From positions 44,516,001 through 44,580,000 of the forward strand of contig NC_043013.1 in the NCBI RefSeq assembly GCF_006345805.1: DNA of 64,000 bases, written 5' to 3'. Shown piece by piece: positions 13,750 through 27,834 of this stretch (the stretch's first letter is position 1; the number at the start of each line of letters is the position of its first letter). The stretch comes from Octopus sinensis. Taxonomy: Eukaryota. The notes under the pieces were generated by a model. That model made no database searches and was not told where the DNA came from. It was given only the letters and a program-made list of their open reading frames with translations. Made by a program: the position numbers and the translations under genes.

Positions 13750-14479
13750 TTACTGCATTCTCTGAGCCTCAGTAGGATAGCGGGCTTGGTAAAGTACAAT
13801 CAAAATATCTAGTATTTAGTTACGTCTTCAATTTTTTAGTTCAAATCTGGCTTAGTTCGATTTAATTGACTATTCCCTACTGCGAAATTGGGCCCCGAGC
13901 CCTTAATTCCCGATAGAGTGGTAAGGGCACTGCTGTGACAAATCATGTATAAGGGCATATCTAGCAGATTCCATCATTCTCTACGTGACTCTGTATATAT
14001 GTCACAAAACATATTCCCATATGCTTATTGTCATGTATTCCCTCTCTGTGGCATATATCTCTTAATCTTTTCCTTCCTCTTTTGCTACGTTCGGTACTTC
14101 AATTAGCATCTGACTTAGCTCGGACTTTAAGAAACACCTTGTAAAAGCGAATTTTTTATTATTTGTATTTTGAGAAAAGTACTTGGAAATTAATCTAGGA
14201 ACATACTAATATTACTCAATATTTTTGTTCAATACTTATGGACATTTTTCTATTCATGAAAATTTCCGCTAATATTGCGTAAAAACATTTAAAAACCAAT
14301 TTCATCTTATTGTTACTTTAGTCCACGGGAGGGATAAAAGTAGAACGAGGTATTATTGCCTCTTGGCTGAAACAGCTGTAAGATATTTTCCCAATTTCTA
14401 TTGCTCTATGTTTTAATAATTACTGATGTCTAAAAGTTGATGAATATCACCTATTGATCCCCTCCATTTTCTTATTGCT

Positions 14480-14494
14480 TTCTCTCTCTCTCTT

Positions 14495-14559
<65 letters not shown>

Positions 14560-14622
14560 CGTATGTTTATATATATACATATATATATATATACATATAT
14601 ATATATGTACATATGCATATAT

Positions 14623-14678
<56 letters not shown>

Positions 14679-14980
14679 CATATATATACATATGCATATA
14701 TTATATATATATACATATATATACATATGCATATATATATATATATAATATATATATATTATATATATATATTATATATATATATACATATGCATATATA
14801 ATATATATATATATACATATATATACATATGCATATATATATATAATATATATATATATATATAATATATATATATATGCATATGTATATATATATAATA
14901 TATATATATATATATTATATTATATATATATATATATTAATAAATGAAATAAAACATATGCATATATATAAACATATATG
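14480..14980. repeat. (TA)-rich microsatellite
   Basis: Directly visible. Confidence 0.95.
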
Positions 14981-15039
14981 TACGTAAAGAAATCTAGGTG
15001 TTTCTTGCAATAAATGCATCTAAAGCAAAATGTTTTTCA

Positions 15040-15152
15040 CGGACCCCTAAAATACTACTTGTGGATCCTCAAATTACTATTTTGCTTGTGTGGACCCCTA
15101 AAAATATTATACTGACTCCTAGATCCATGTGGATCGCGGTTGAGAACCACTG
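15040..15152. mobile_element. hAT-like MITE end
   Basis: GGACCCC subterminal repeats ending GGTTGAGAACCACTG, the reverse complement of a CAGTGGTTCTCAACC hAT-type TIR; other end not found. Confidence 0.55.
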
Positions 15153-15632
15153 ACCAAGACATTCGATAGCCTTATCTATTCCCTAAGAACATGATAAACG
15201 CATGGCTGAAATATGTATGGAGTTTACATATAGCGGACTGAATGTCTTAGAAAACGGAGGCATCCAATCGCAAAATAGAAAAAAGAATTCTCCCCAGCCG
15301 TTAGCTTTCACTTTCGACGTGTAAGATTCATAAGATCCGCCTTAACAGCTCATCCAAGCGGATTTAAGCAACCGGTGTCATTTCTAACCGTAGTTTCGGA
15401 TTTGCTTGTATCGTCTTCTAAGTGATTATTTATTTAAAAAATTCTTTAATTTGTTTCGCTAATTTGACTGCGGCACGCTGGAGCACCGTCTTCTAGGGTT
15501 TTTTAAAGTCGATCATGTCGATGCCCAGAGAACCGTATTTCATTTTTTCGAATGGATATGTTACTTCTTTTTTCGTGTGAAGGGATGCAACTCTACGTAC
15601 CATTTCACGTCGGTATAAACGTATGTGGGTGT

Positions 15633-16190
15633 AAGGCGGCGAGCTGGCAGAAACGGGCGAAATGCGTAGCCGTATTTCGTCTGCCGTTACGTTCTGAGTT
15701 CAAATTCCACCGAAGTCGACTTTGCCTTTCATCAATAAACTAAGTACCAGTTACGCACTGGGGTCGATGTAATCGACTTAATCCGTTTGTCTGTCCTTGT
15801 TTAGCCCCTTGTGGGTAGTAAAGAAATAGATATTTCGTCTGCCGCTACGTTCTGAGTTCAAATTCCACCGAGGTCGACTTTGCCTTTCATCTTTGAGGGA
15901 TCAATAAACTAAATACCAGTTACACACTGGGATCGATTTAATCGACTTAATACCTATGTCTGTCCTTGTTTGGCTCCTTGTGGGTAATAAAGAAATAGGT
16001 ATTTCGTCTGCCGTTACGTACTGAGTTCAAATTCCACCGAGGTCGACTTTGCCTTTCATCCTTTCGGGGTCGATAAATTAAGTACCAGTTACGCACTAGG
16101 GTCGATATAATCGACTTAATCCGTTTGTATGTCCTTATTTGTCCTCTCTGTGTTTGGCCCCTTGTGGATAGTAAAGAAATAGGTATAAAC
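15633..16190 (+). mobile_element. SINE family B (GGCGGCGAGCTGGCAGAA head; Nin-domain-like core), head-to-tail trimer
   Basis: Three units of ATTTCGTCTGCCG..GAGTTCAAATTCCACCGA.GTCGACTTTGCCTTTCATC..TAAAGAAATA; only the first has the head. Confidence 0.85.
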
Positions 16191-16705
16191 GTATGTGGGT
16201 GTGTGTCTCTTCTCTTGTTTTATTCATTGGACTGCGGTCATATTGGGTCACTGCCTTGAAGGGTTTAGTCGAACAAATCGAACCAAGTACTACTTATTTT
16301 TTAAAGTCTGGTACTTGATCTATCGATCTTTTGCCGAACCACTAAGTTACGGGGATATAAACAAATTGACTCTGGTTGTCACTATGCTCTGATGTCAATT
16401 CCCTTCGAGGATGACTTAGTCTTTCCTCCTTTCGGAGGGGATAGATAAAGCACCAGATCTGTATTGAGGTCGATTCTTGTCTTATAGTATCTCTTTCTCT
16501 CTCTCTCGTTCCGTTGTCAGTCTGTGTCTGAAAAAATTGGCTATAATAGGTCCTGGGGAGATATGGTTTCTGCCAGACCCTTAAAATACTCAAAATATGC
16601 TGTATGACATGATGGCGCTCCTAATGATTCCATCAGTAGTTGAGGGTACGTAGCATGATGTGTGTATGAGTGTGTGTGTTGTATGCGTGTGCGCGCATGT
16701 ATGTA

Positions 16706-17938
16706 CAGGATGCGATGGGTAAATTGTCGTCATTTTATATTTTTAATTTCGCACATGCGCATTCATTGTTTTTGAATTTGTCGACCACACAGTATAGTAG
16801 GGTCAGTTGGGCACCGTCTGTGAGAAAACCAGTTCCATGACGCGATTCACTCTGCCAGAAATTTGGAAACGACATGCTGTATTGCTTGGCATTCGCGCTG
16901 GAAGCTCCAATGCAAACATTTCAGAGTGTTTGGGTGTCGATCTGAGAATAGTGCAGAGAATTCGGAAGGAGTTGGATGAGTCTAATGGTGATTACGGAGG
17001 TGCGGCAGCTCGGAAAACTCACTCTGATCGTTCTGATAAGAAATGAACTCCTACACTTGTTGGCGAGATCCAGGCCATAATTGACAACGATCCTTCCAAG
17101 TCAATCAGCTCCGTTGCCAAGGATATGGAGTGTCTAAGTATCAGGCAGATAGTGCATGAAGACATTTGGTATTCCTCATAAGATGAGAAAGGGTCAATTT
17201 TTATCCCAAGCCATCAAGGACAAGAGAAAAGACCACGCTACTAAGCGTTTTGAACAAACTCAAGCATCCCTTCCAACCGAACATGCCTTAGTTTTTCTCA
17301 CACGAGAACAACCGTTGGTTTGCCGTGTCTCCAAAACATGTACCAAGAGTGATAAATATCAAATATCCATTCAACATCATGGTGTTTGGAGTGATCACTA
17401 GTGATGGTGGTGTTATACCTCCATTCATCTTCCCACAGGGACTCACACTGAACATGGAGGAACTACATCAAGTGTCTGGAGGAGGTAGTGCTGCCCTGGG
17501 TCAAGAGGGTGGCTGCTGGAATACCCTATGTCTGGTAACAGGACTCTGCCCCATACCACACAAGCAGAAGAACCCAGTCATGGTTGTCAGACAACTTCTG
17601 CGACCACATCACCCCTAACATCTGGGCACCTAACTCCCCAGACTGCACCCCCCTTGATTATTATGAGTTGGGTGCAGTTGAGTGAGAGACCAACAAAACT
17701 CCTTGAAACACCAAAGATGAACTGAAGGCAAGGATTATGGCAGTATTCACCAACTTAAAACAAGGAGACCGTCCAGAAGAGTTGTAAGAAATTCCGAAGT
17801 GGTTGAAGCCAATAATGATTTTATTGAATAAATTTACTCATCAATATTTCAAGATATTTTTATGTAATTTTCGTAAATATATATGTCAGTGTTATTTTCA
17901 TTTTTGCGTAATTTAGACAACTTATTCACCGCACCCTG
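16706..17938 (+). mobile_element. Tc1/mariner superfamily, maT (DD37D) element, full length but pseudogenised
   Basis: TA TSD; TIR CAGG.TGCG.TG..TAA.TTGTC; transposase remnants MVFGVITSDG and W*QDSAPYHTSRRTQSWLSDNFCDHITPNIWAPNSPDCTPLDYY, with 37 residues between the second and third D; stops and frameshifts. Confidence 0.92.
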
Positions 17939-18038
17939 TATGTATGTATGTGTGTATGTATGTATGTATGTATGTATGTATGTATGTATGGATGGATGTA
18001 TGTATGTGTGTGTGTGTATGTATGTATGTATGTATGTA

Positions 18039-18200
18039 TTAGCTGAATAGCCCGTCGTTGCCGGGCAATATTTTTACAACAGAATGTCTTATATAAATTT
18101 TTGTTTAATTCATGTCAGACCATGCTTTTCGCGACAGCTAGGCCTCTCGATCAGGACCGATTTGTGCAATTTTTCGCAAAAACACTTCCTTGAGGGTTTT
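18039..18200 (-). mobile_element. Helitron 3' terminus fragment
   Basis: Minus strand reads GCCCGGCAACGACGGGC hairpin + TATTCAG + CTAA|T (CTRR end). 5' extent uncertain. Confidence 0.65.
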
Positions 18201-18224
18201 TCTTTTAAAGTCACTTACATTTTA

Positions 18225-19525
18225 AAAATATAAAATTTGTGGAGAGTTAGGGCTTCGAACGAACAATTAACGACGGTCATTTTTCTCACCTATGTCTTTT
18301 CTGGATGCGACGTTCACTTAGACATTTTCCTCGCCTCCCGACATTTTCTCTTTTTTTTTTTACTTCTACTATTTCTTCTCTTCTATTTATTCTATATCCT
18401 TTCAAAATTTCTCCCAGGTGTTACCCATTATTATGCGTCTTGACCTAATGGCCCTTAACGTTTGTCTTCGTCGTTGTTTTCGTCCACTTTGTCGTTGTTT
18501 GCTTGTTCGAAGCTCTAACTCACCACAAATTTTATATTCTCAAAATGTCTGGATACTGCTGTTTTATGAAGGTTTCCTATCTTAACGTTGGAAGCTCAAA
18601 ATATGGAGTAATTACCTGTCAACAACCGAGGAGGGCTTAAACTTCTTTTGGTATTTTACGTATTTTTCACTCGTTGGTGATGTCCTGTACTTGATGAGTT
18701 TTATATTTATTTATTTATAATCGAACGCCACGCAGCCTTGTCCACAGTAAGTTTTTACTTTTATTTATAATTTCTGCGACTCTACTCTCTGTTCCCTTTC
18801 TTTCTTTCTCTCTATCTATAACCCTCTTTATTTTTCGGTTCTCTCTCTCCTTTGTTATCCCCTGTCTATCTTCCACTCCCTACTATCTTTCGTTCTTTCC
18901 CCCTTCTCCTCACTCCCTTTGTTTCTTTCCCTCATCCTCTCTAGTCCCCCTTCCCCTCTGCCCATTGCTACACATGACTACAAGCCATTTCTCTAGCCTC
19001 TGTTCTTTTCTGGATGAGACGTCCATCTAGTTGGATGTCATTTCTCTCGCCTCTCAACAGTTTTTCTCTTCTACTATTTTCTTCTTTTCTATTTATTCTA
19101 TAACCTTTCAAAATTTCTCCCAGGCATTACCCATCACAATTCATCTTGGCATGACAGCCCTTAATGTTTGTCTTCGTCGATTGTTTACTCTGTACGTCCA
19201 CTCTATCGTTGTTTGTTCGTTCCATGCGCTAACTCCCAACAAATTATATATTTTTAAACTGTCTAGATGCTGCTGTTTTATGAAGGTTTCCTATCTTGTC
19301 ATTGAAAGCGCGAAATAGGTAGTAATTACCAGTCAACAACTGAGGAGGGCTTAAACTTCTTTTGGTAATTTGTCCCGTATTTGTCTCTCATTATGTGTTT
19401 ACGTACTTTTCATTTGTTTGTGACGTCCTGTTCTTATCGTGTATTTTTTAGTATTTTGTCCTGTACTTATCTCTCGTCTGTTTACGTATTTTTCACTCGT
19501 TGGTGATGTTTTGTACTTGATGTAT
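18225..19525 (+). mobile_element. Two partial tandem copies of a Penelope-like terminal repeat with an inverted segment
   Basis: 18295-18695 resembles 19005-19525; 18232-18270 is the inverse of 18493-18533; decayed C(T/C)GAGGAGGGCTTAAACT motif in each copy. Confidence 0.55.
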
Positions 19526-19564
19526 TACACACACAAATATATGCATGTCCGTGTGTGTGCGTGC

Positions 19565-19609
<45 letters not shown>

Positions 19610-19735
19610 TATGTTTACTCTTTACTCTTTTAGTTGTTTCAGTCATTTGACTGTGGCCATGCTGAGGCACCGCATTTAGTCGAGCAAATCGACACCAGGA
19701 CTTGTCTTTGTAAGCCTAGTACTTATTCTATTATA

Positions 19736-20090
19736 TTTAATCAACCAAATATGAACCATTTTGTTGCACAATGCGTCTCTATCTTTCCTTTAACTTGAAA
19801 ATACCCTCTTCCCAGAATCGAGGTGGTTTCATAGCAAAGAATTCATCAAGGTATCTTTTTACGTCATCCAAGGAATTGAATTTTTTTACCATTAAGACTA
19901 TTCTTCAGAGACCTGATTAAGTGGAAATCCGAAGGAGCAATATCTGGTGAATATGGAGGGTGGGGTAACACATCCCAGCCGAGCTGCAGCAATTTTTGTC
20001 TGGTTCCCAAAGCATCAAGTGTCGAAAACGAACTTTCTTATCTTCCATTTTAAAGGGTTACAGAATTAACACAGGTTATAGGAACATAAA
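19736..20090 (-). mobile_element. mariner (DD34D-type) transposase C-terminal fragment
   Basis: Minus strand reads KLLQLGWDVLPHPPYSPDIAPSDFHL..SLKNSLNG..EEGIFKL..IVQQNGSYLVD*. Confidence 0.88.
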
Positions 20091-20287
20091 CCTTCTTCCA
20101 CGAAAAGATAGCTTAAACTGTGCTCTAAATGGAGGTGTAGTAAAATCCTATTTTATGGACTCAGCTAAGTTCTAAAATAAGTCGGAAGGTAAGCTACTAT
20201 AAATCGGCATGAGCTTCCCGGACAGCCCAATATATATCCGAAAAAGAGGCGCGCTCTAAAGCATAAGAGCTGTAATGTATTTTGGTG

Positions 20288-20434
20288 GGAAGTTAGAAGT
20301 TATGGCCAGTCATAGAGTGACCATTGGTTTCACACCTATAAAGTCTTGAGTCTGACGAGTGGCCTATATTGCTAAGCGCTTTATAGGTGCGATACCAATG
20401 GTCACTCTATGACTGGCCATAACATTTAGCTTCC
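20288..20434. mobile_element. Palindromic MITE
   Basis: GGAAGTTAGAAGTTATGGCCAGTCATAGAGTGACCATTGG / CCAATGGTCACTCTATGACTGGCCATAACATTTAGCTTCC; relative at 31832-31993. Confidence 0.8.
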
Positions 20435-20898
20435 TCTGAGTGTATGTGTGTGTGTGTGCGTATTTGTATGCACTTTAAAAGGTGTGGTAGGAGACACAAC
20501 ACATTATATATAAAGGTTGGGACATAGTAGATAAGTTACATAATGCGCTCCTACGTTCGACGTTGTTTGTCGATGAACTCTCATAACCCCAGATAAGCCA
20601 GTGTACTGAGTTTGCACCCTCGTTTAAAAAAAGAATACAAAGGATGTTTTATGCTTTATATAACGTATACGTAAGCCGATATTGCGTAAGCCGGTAGGCC
20701 CTATGACACGACGCGATGCAGCCAACTCACTTCGTCAACATCATTAACGAAAATAGGTCGGCTAACTGAAACACGTGTAGATTATATAAATATGACAAAC
20801 CAGTTACGTTTTCTGTCTACCCACTTCTTTTACTTACGCGCGCACGCACACACACGCGCACACACATACACACACACACACACATATATACACAAACA

Positions 20899-21170
20899 TA
20901 GGCGCAGGAGTGGCTGTGTGGTAAGTAGCTTGCTTAGCAACCTAATGGTTCTGGGTTCAGTCCCACTGCGTGGCACCTTGGGCAGGTGTCTTCTACTATA
21001 GCCTCGGGTCGACCAAAGCCTTGTGAGTGGATTTGGTAGACGGAAACTGAAAGAAGCCTGTCGTATATATGTATATATATATATATATGTGTGTGCGTGT
21101 GCGTGTGTGTATCGCTTGACAACCGATGCTGGTGTGTTTATGTCCTCATAACTTAGCGGTTCGGCAAGTG
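20899..21170 (+). mobile_element. SINE family A
   Basis: GGCGCAGGAGTGGCTGTGTGGTAAG..GGTTCAGTCCCACTGCGTGGCACC; 3' truncated. Confidence 0.85.
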
Positions 21171-21203
21171 AGGCTAAGCATTATATCCGGCGAGGTAATG
21201 ATT

Positions 21204-21437
21204 CTTATTTCTTTACTGTCCACAAGGGGTTACACACAGAAGGAACAAACAAGGACAGACAAACGGATTAAGTCGATTACATCGACTCCAGTGCGTAACT
21301 GGTACTTAATTCATCGACCCCGAAAGGATGAAAGGCAAAATCGACCTCGCCGAAATTTGAACTCAGAACGTAACTGCAGACGAAATACGGCTACGCATTT
21401 CGCCCGGCGTGCTAACGTTTCTACCAGCTCGCCGCCT
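21204..21437 (-). mobile_element. SINE family B
   Basis: Full-length reverse-complement copy. Confidence 0.88.
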
Positions 21438-22998
21438 TTGTGTCTGTATGTGTTGATAGACCGATAAGTATTATGCACACACACACACCACACGTGCGCG
21501 CGTGCACACACCAATGTGAACGCACACAGTATGTATATAAATATTTGTTTGTGTACATGTATGTCTGCTATTGTGTGTGTAGCGTCTATGTGAGAAATTA
21601 TCTCAAGAATTTCTCGTCTAGTCCAGATATTTCTATATTTCTCCATATAGTCATTATGACGTCACAATATCGGAAACGTTTCTTCCAAGGCCTTCCTTTC
21701 AAATAATATTCAGTCTCTTTCACCCTTTCGCGGGAATGTGTGCGCCGGGGGACGCATCCGGACACCTGAAGACAGAATCATCTTCACCTTGTTTTTGGTG
21801 TTTGTGGGGATATTTTAAGTAAACCTTCACAGGTGTGCCCTCCACGCAATTGTTTGCTCATAACTTTCAGAAAAAATGGATACCTTTTCAGGAAATATTC
21901 CACAAATATCTTTCAGCGTACATTACCACTATATTAGAAATTAATGTGTAAAAAAGAGATCGCGCACACTTATATTCTGACACACATTCGACATTTTTTT
22001 TGAAATTTCAAGTTCCATTTCGTGGAAAGAAAGATGGTTGCATGTTGCGAGGGTGCTGGGAATGAAAGATTCCTCGTGAACATGTCATAAATCTGCATAC
22101 AAAAGTTTCAGTAGGAGAATGGGGCTCGTGGGGTCGGAGCGTAAGCCATCCCTCTGCTTCATCTCATGTTTGTATTACGTCCGTGTTGTATCTCATTCGA
22201 TTCCATTATGTTTTGTATAATTTTAAGTCATATAATCATTGTGTGTCTGACCCCAATCAGGCTGTATTGTACCCCTCTATGTTTGGGCCCTTGTGGCTAA
22301 TAAAGAAATTGGAATATATATGTTGTCTCAGTATATATGTGTGTACTTTCGCGAATTTTTCTTTTTCATATTATATTCCGATACAACCGTAATCTACAAC
22401 ATCTGAGAGGTATTTGTAGAAAATTTAACCATTTTTTTTGGAGGTTTTGAGGAAACAAAGTAGGGGACACAATTGTGTGGGTCTGCCGTTTTATGCACCT
22501 TTGAGTTCTTAAACACCCTCTGTAACATGCTGGTTGGTACCATAACACGGTTACAAGGTGTCCGGTATTGTTCCTCCAACCGTATGAACTCTTAGCCAGG
22601 CAATTTCAGGACAGGAAACCTGGAGGTTCCAATCAGAAACGATACATCGTAAACAATCGTGTAACTGTAAGGGGATATGATAGTAAGCATAGGTAAATAT
22701 AAATCGTACATGAAATAATCGTTTCTACTGTAGGAACAAGGTTTGAGATTTGGTGGAGTGAGTAGTTGATCATATTGACCCCAAACCTTGACTGGCATCA
22801 TTTTATCAACAACAAAATGATCGAGTGTACCATCGACCTCGGTGAAATTTGAACTCGTGGACGAAATGCCGTTGATTTGCAAGCCATTCTACTACTCACC
22901 GCTGCATAAACATGAAATAATTACTCAACATATAGCCCACAGTTCGATGTAAAGAGTAGGTTTATAAACTAAGTAAGTTTTCAAATAAAACAAGTTTG

Positions 22999-23398
22999 GG
23001 ATCTTTTCGGTTTGAACGGCAGTTTTTTCTAGCGGTGTTATATGAAAATGTCACCCATAATTATGACCCTAGTATCGATCTATTGCATTTCAATCTGTTT
23101 TAGGGTTAGAGTTAGAGGTGGGGGGAAGGGTATCTTTTTTTCTTCAGAAATGTAAATAAACCCAATCTGTTTCTTAAACGAGGGACATATTCATACGACA
23201 CAGAATGTTTTCACCTCAATAGACGTCATTGATTGGTTGAAATTGCAGAAATTGAAGAAAAAACAACAACAAATATCTTACAAACTATAGAATTTTCTCA
23301 ATAAAGCCAAGAGAAGAAGATACCAGTATACAAAGTTTAAAAGTGTTTAGTTACGTGGAAATTATTTTAAAAAACTACCGTTCAAACCGAAAAGATCC
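22999..23398. mobile_element. Same Merlin-like MITE, opposite orientation
   Basis: TIRs; TSD CAAGTTTG at 22991-22998 and 23399-23406. Confidence 0.9.
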
Positions 23399-24149
23399 CA
23401 AGTTTGCTACTATTAAAATGTTTGGTAATATTTTTTTGCTATTTCTATCATAATAATGGCGAAATTCTGTCTGTCTGCGACCGTTGTACCTTTGTCTACA
23501 TTTCCTCTGCATAGACGTATCATACCTTCTTGCAATGAGAATGAACCCGGGATTGAAAACCCGTCCTTTATTTGGTTCTTGAACATCTACTTGTGATATG
23601 TGATTCAAAAGCATTTGGGTTGCTGCTTAAAGCAGATGAAACTTGGCAAAAGCACGCCATTTTGGTTGGCGTTTGTCAGATGACGTCAGATATGAAGGAG
23701 GAGATGACATTCGCTTCGTTAATTTTACATCGAGATAAGAACCTCGGGACAAATTGGCCAACAGTTGGAATTCAAATTGTAACTGGAATAATAGAATGAT
23801 TGCATTAGCGAATTAATTCTCATCCATCGTTAACGTCTGATCAAACACCAGCGGAGCATATAGTCATTACAGACATATTATTGACCAGGCTATTTAGCTC
23901 TTTTTCATTTTATGTCGTGTGCCCCGTTAGCACTCTCGCAAGCCAGTATAAAGGTCCGCACCGAGTGCAGCTTTTAAGCTAGTCTCTAATAAAGTATCTG
24001 CTTCATTAAAATTTCGATAATTTTCATATAATCATCATAGCAGCAAATGTAATTTGACAACACGGCCTTGGTTATAAGTGTACAATGTATCTGAGACTAA
24101 GAATGTTATGTGCAACATCCCCCCCCCTCTCTCTCTCTCTATCTCTCTC

Positions 24150-24216
<67 letters not shown>

Positions 24217-25221
24217 CACACACACTTGATTGTTGGCTTTCTTTAACTTACTTTTGACCCTAAACATTTGTTCATTTAAATTGTCCGATGTTTCTTCCTT
24301 ACTTCCTCTCATATTAACCCTTAAACACTGAGGCACCAGAAAAATACGAAACCACCCTGTGTCTCCGCAAGAGAAAACCCCACGTCGTTGACCGTAAGTT
24401 GTCTGATTGACTACAAATGCTCCTAAGCATTTCGTCCGTCTTTACTTTCTGAGTTCAAATGACGTTGAGGTCGACTCTGCCTTTCATCGTTTCGGGGTCG
24501 ATAAAATAAGTACTAGTTGAGCACTGGAGTTGATATAATCGACTTACACTGTCATTAAAATTGCTGGCCTTGTGCCAAAATTTGAAACCGATATTATTAA
24601 AGTGCAAAAGGCGGCGAGCTAACAGAATCGTTAGCACGCCAGACGAAATGCACAGCGACATTTCGTCCGTCTTAACGTTCTGAGTTCAAATGCTGTAGAG
24701 GTCGAGTTCGCCTTTCACCCTTTTGTGGTCGATTAAAATAAGTACCAATTGAGCACTGGGGTTGTTGTAACCCTCTTACACGCTTCCTCAAAATTGTTGA
24801 CTATGAGCCAAAATTAGAAGCACGAAATATGAAAGCATACTTCATAAAGGGACGCAACTACAAATTAGAGTTATGTCGCTTGGTTAATACTTATGCATGT
24901 ATACACAAACCATATCTTTTATTTTGAACAATTAACATTAAAAAAATATTAAAAAATAACTAATTAGGATAAAATGAAAAATATTCATTCAGACAAATTA
25001 CGAAAATAGTGTTTTGAAAAACAAAAGAGTGTTTTGTAGAAAATAATATTACAAAAATGCAAGCTTATTATTTTATTTTAGGTACTTTTGTGTGCGTGCG
25101 TGCGTGTGCGCGCGCGTACTGAATTACCTAAAGCAATTAAGAGTGCATGAACATTTCCATGAAACTGTACATTGTCAGGATCTTTTCCAAAACAATTTAT
25201 CAAAAATCCAAATACTACTAA

Positions 25222-25490
25222 CAGGGACGTAAACACACCAGCATCGGTCGTCAAGCGATGTTGGTGGTGGTGAGGGGACAAACACAGACATACAAACACA
25301 TACACACACACACACACACATATATATGACGGGCTTCTTTAAGTTTCCGTCTACCAAATCCACTCACAAGGCTTCGGTCAGCCTGAGGCTATAGTAGAAG
25401 ACACTTGCCCAAGGTGCCATGCAGTGGGACTGAACCCGGAATCATGTGGTTCGTAAGCAAGCTACTTACCACACAGCCACTCCTATGCCT
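25222..25490 (-). mobile_element. SINE family A
   Basis: Reverse complement of the same consensus. Confidence 0.85.
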
Positions 25491-26810
25491 GAAGAAATAT
25501 TTTACAACAAATTTTCACAACATGCATAATATTAGTGGGACATTAAATTCTGTTTTTCTTTCTCCTTTAGTATCTTAACCTTTCTTTATTTCTCTCTCTC
25601 TCTCTCTCTCTCTCAATATGTATAAGAGTATTTTAACTCTTATTCCTATCAATGTAGGTGTTTCTTCACGCCCTAGTCACAATTAGTGACAATTATAATT
25701 CTGCATTTTAGTGAAACCTGCTGTTTATATTAATTTTGTGTGTGTGTGTCTATAATACATTAGAAGTCAGCTTGAATCTTGCTTCCTTACTTGCAATGTT
25801 ACCCAGCCAAACTGGTGCATAATGAGAAAATACTATGAATTAAGTTTCCCCTGAAATCTAAATATGAATGGAATAAAACAAATTTTGCATAAATTGGACA
25901 AGTGGTTGTTGAGACATTAGGGGTTTTCGGTGTATAAATACCCAAATGGTGCATAAGGGGAAAGTATTCTGAAAATATCTGAATCCTGAAAGAAAAGAAT
26001 TAGACAGTGACTTAAAACGAAAAAATACATTTTTTTTTTTACAGCAAATATTTCTATTTTTGCTTTTGTTAAACACAATATTTTAATCTGGATGTGATTT
26101 TTAAAATGTTTTTAACTGGATGTGATTTTAAAAATGTAAGTTGTTAGTACAGTAAATATTTATATTTTAACTTTTTTTAAACAAATAATATATTAATTAT
26201 TTTCAAGTGAATACAATTACAAAAATTGTTTTTTGTATAGTTAAAAAATATTTTAAAGTGAAAATTACTTTTAAAATATGACAAATATTTCTTAAAAGAC
26301 CCGTTTGTAACCTCAGTGTGAAATAATTTTTTCCATAGGTATTTTTTGAGTGCATTTAATGTATCTCACCCTCAAAGGTTTGGCTGCTATTTCTAGCACA
26401 CCCTGCTACTATGAAACAGCTATATGTGATAAAGAATCCGAAATACTTGTTTCTGGGGAAAGGAGCTGTTTACGTGTGATTTTGATATCACATTCATTGA
26501 AAGCATGTGAAATAACCAGGAAAACAAACAAAAAGAAACCCATGAAATAAAACTTTGTTGCTGGGAAACTCAGACTTTCCTGGTGACTCAATGGGTCATG
26601 GGCACATGGATAGTCTAGTCTAGTATACACACACACACACACACACACATGTACACATGTATATGATAAGTATGTACACTGGATCAGAGAAGACCTGGGG
26701 CCAATAATGTGCAAGAAGTGGTTCCAGACTCCTCAAAACTCTGAAACTCTTAAACTATCGTCCCACTAATCCATGCAGTTTAAAGTCACGTTCATGGAAA
26801 TTAAAGTACA

Positions 26811-27210
26811 TAGGTGCAGCTGTTGGGTAAGAAGCTTGCTTCCCAACCACATGGCTCTGGGTTCAGTCACCATGTGTGGTACCTTGGACAAGTATCTTCA
26901 ACAATAGCCTCTGGCTAACCAAAGCCCAATGATTGAATTTGGCAGATGGAAACTGAAAGAAGCCTGTCATATGTGTGTGTGTGTGTGTATGTGCGTGTGT
27001 TTATGGTTTTTCCTCTACCACTGCTTGGCAACCAGTGTTGGTGTGTTTATGTCCCATAACTTAGCAGTTTGGCAAAAGAGATTGATGGAATAAGTACCAG
27101 GCTTAAAAAAAAAAACAGTGCTGGGGTCAATTCATTTGACTAAAAGGTCAAGGCGGTGCCCCAGCATGACCGTAGTCTAATGACTGAAACAAATAAAAGA
27201 TAAAAGATAA
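26811..27210 (+). mobile_element. SINE family A (full length, CpG-decayed)
   Basis: Head to GACTGAAACAAATAAAAGATAAAAGA tail. Confidence 0.85.
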
Positions 27211-27716
27211 AAAAGAAACATCAGGTGAAAAAATATAAAAAAAGAAAAGATGGCAAAAATGTAACAGTTTTATTTAGTTGAATACTTTGAAAGGAAGATG
27301 TGAATGTCAGAATGGCAAAGAAAAAAAAAAAAAAGGGATTAAAATTTTTTTTTCAGAATTGTAATTTCTGATGTTTAAAACAAGCAAAATCTGAAGACAA
27401 TTATGAAAATGTAAAAAATAATTTTTACAAAAATAAAAATAAATTTTAAAATTTCTTTCTTCCTGTTGACAATTTCATGACAACATTCCTTTTCCCTCAT
27501 TGACAATTTCTTGACCTGACTTTCTCTCTTAACAGCATTACAGACTACAAATACATGACTGATTTCTTTTCTTTCTCTAAGTATCTATCTCAACATCTCT
27601 GCCTGCCTGTTTGCCTGTCTATCTGTCTGCCTCTCTCTCTCTCTCTTGCTCTGTATGTATGTATGAATGTATATATGTTTCCATGTATATGTGTGTGTGT
27701 GTATCTATCTACCTAC

Positions 27717-27788
<72 letters not shown>

Positions 27789-27834
27789 ATATATATATAT
27801 ATATATATATTGTGTGTGTGTGTGTGTGTGCGTG

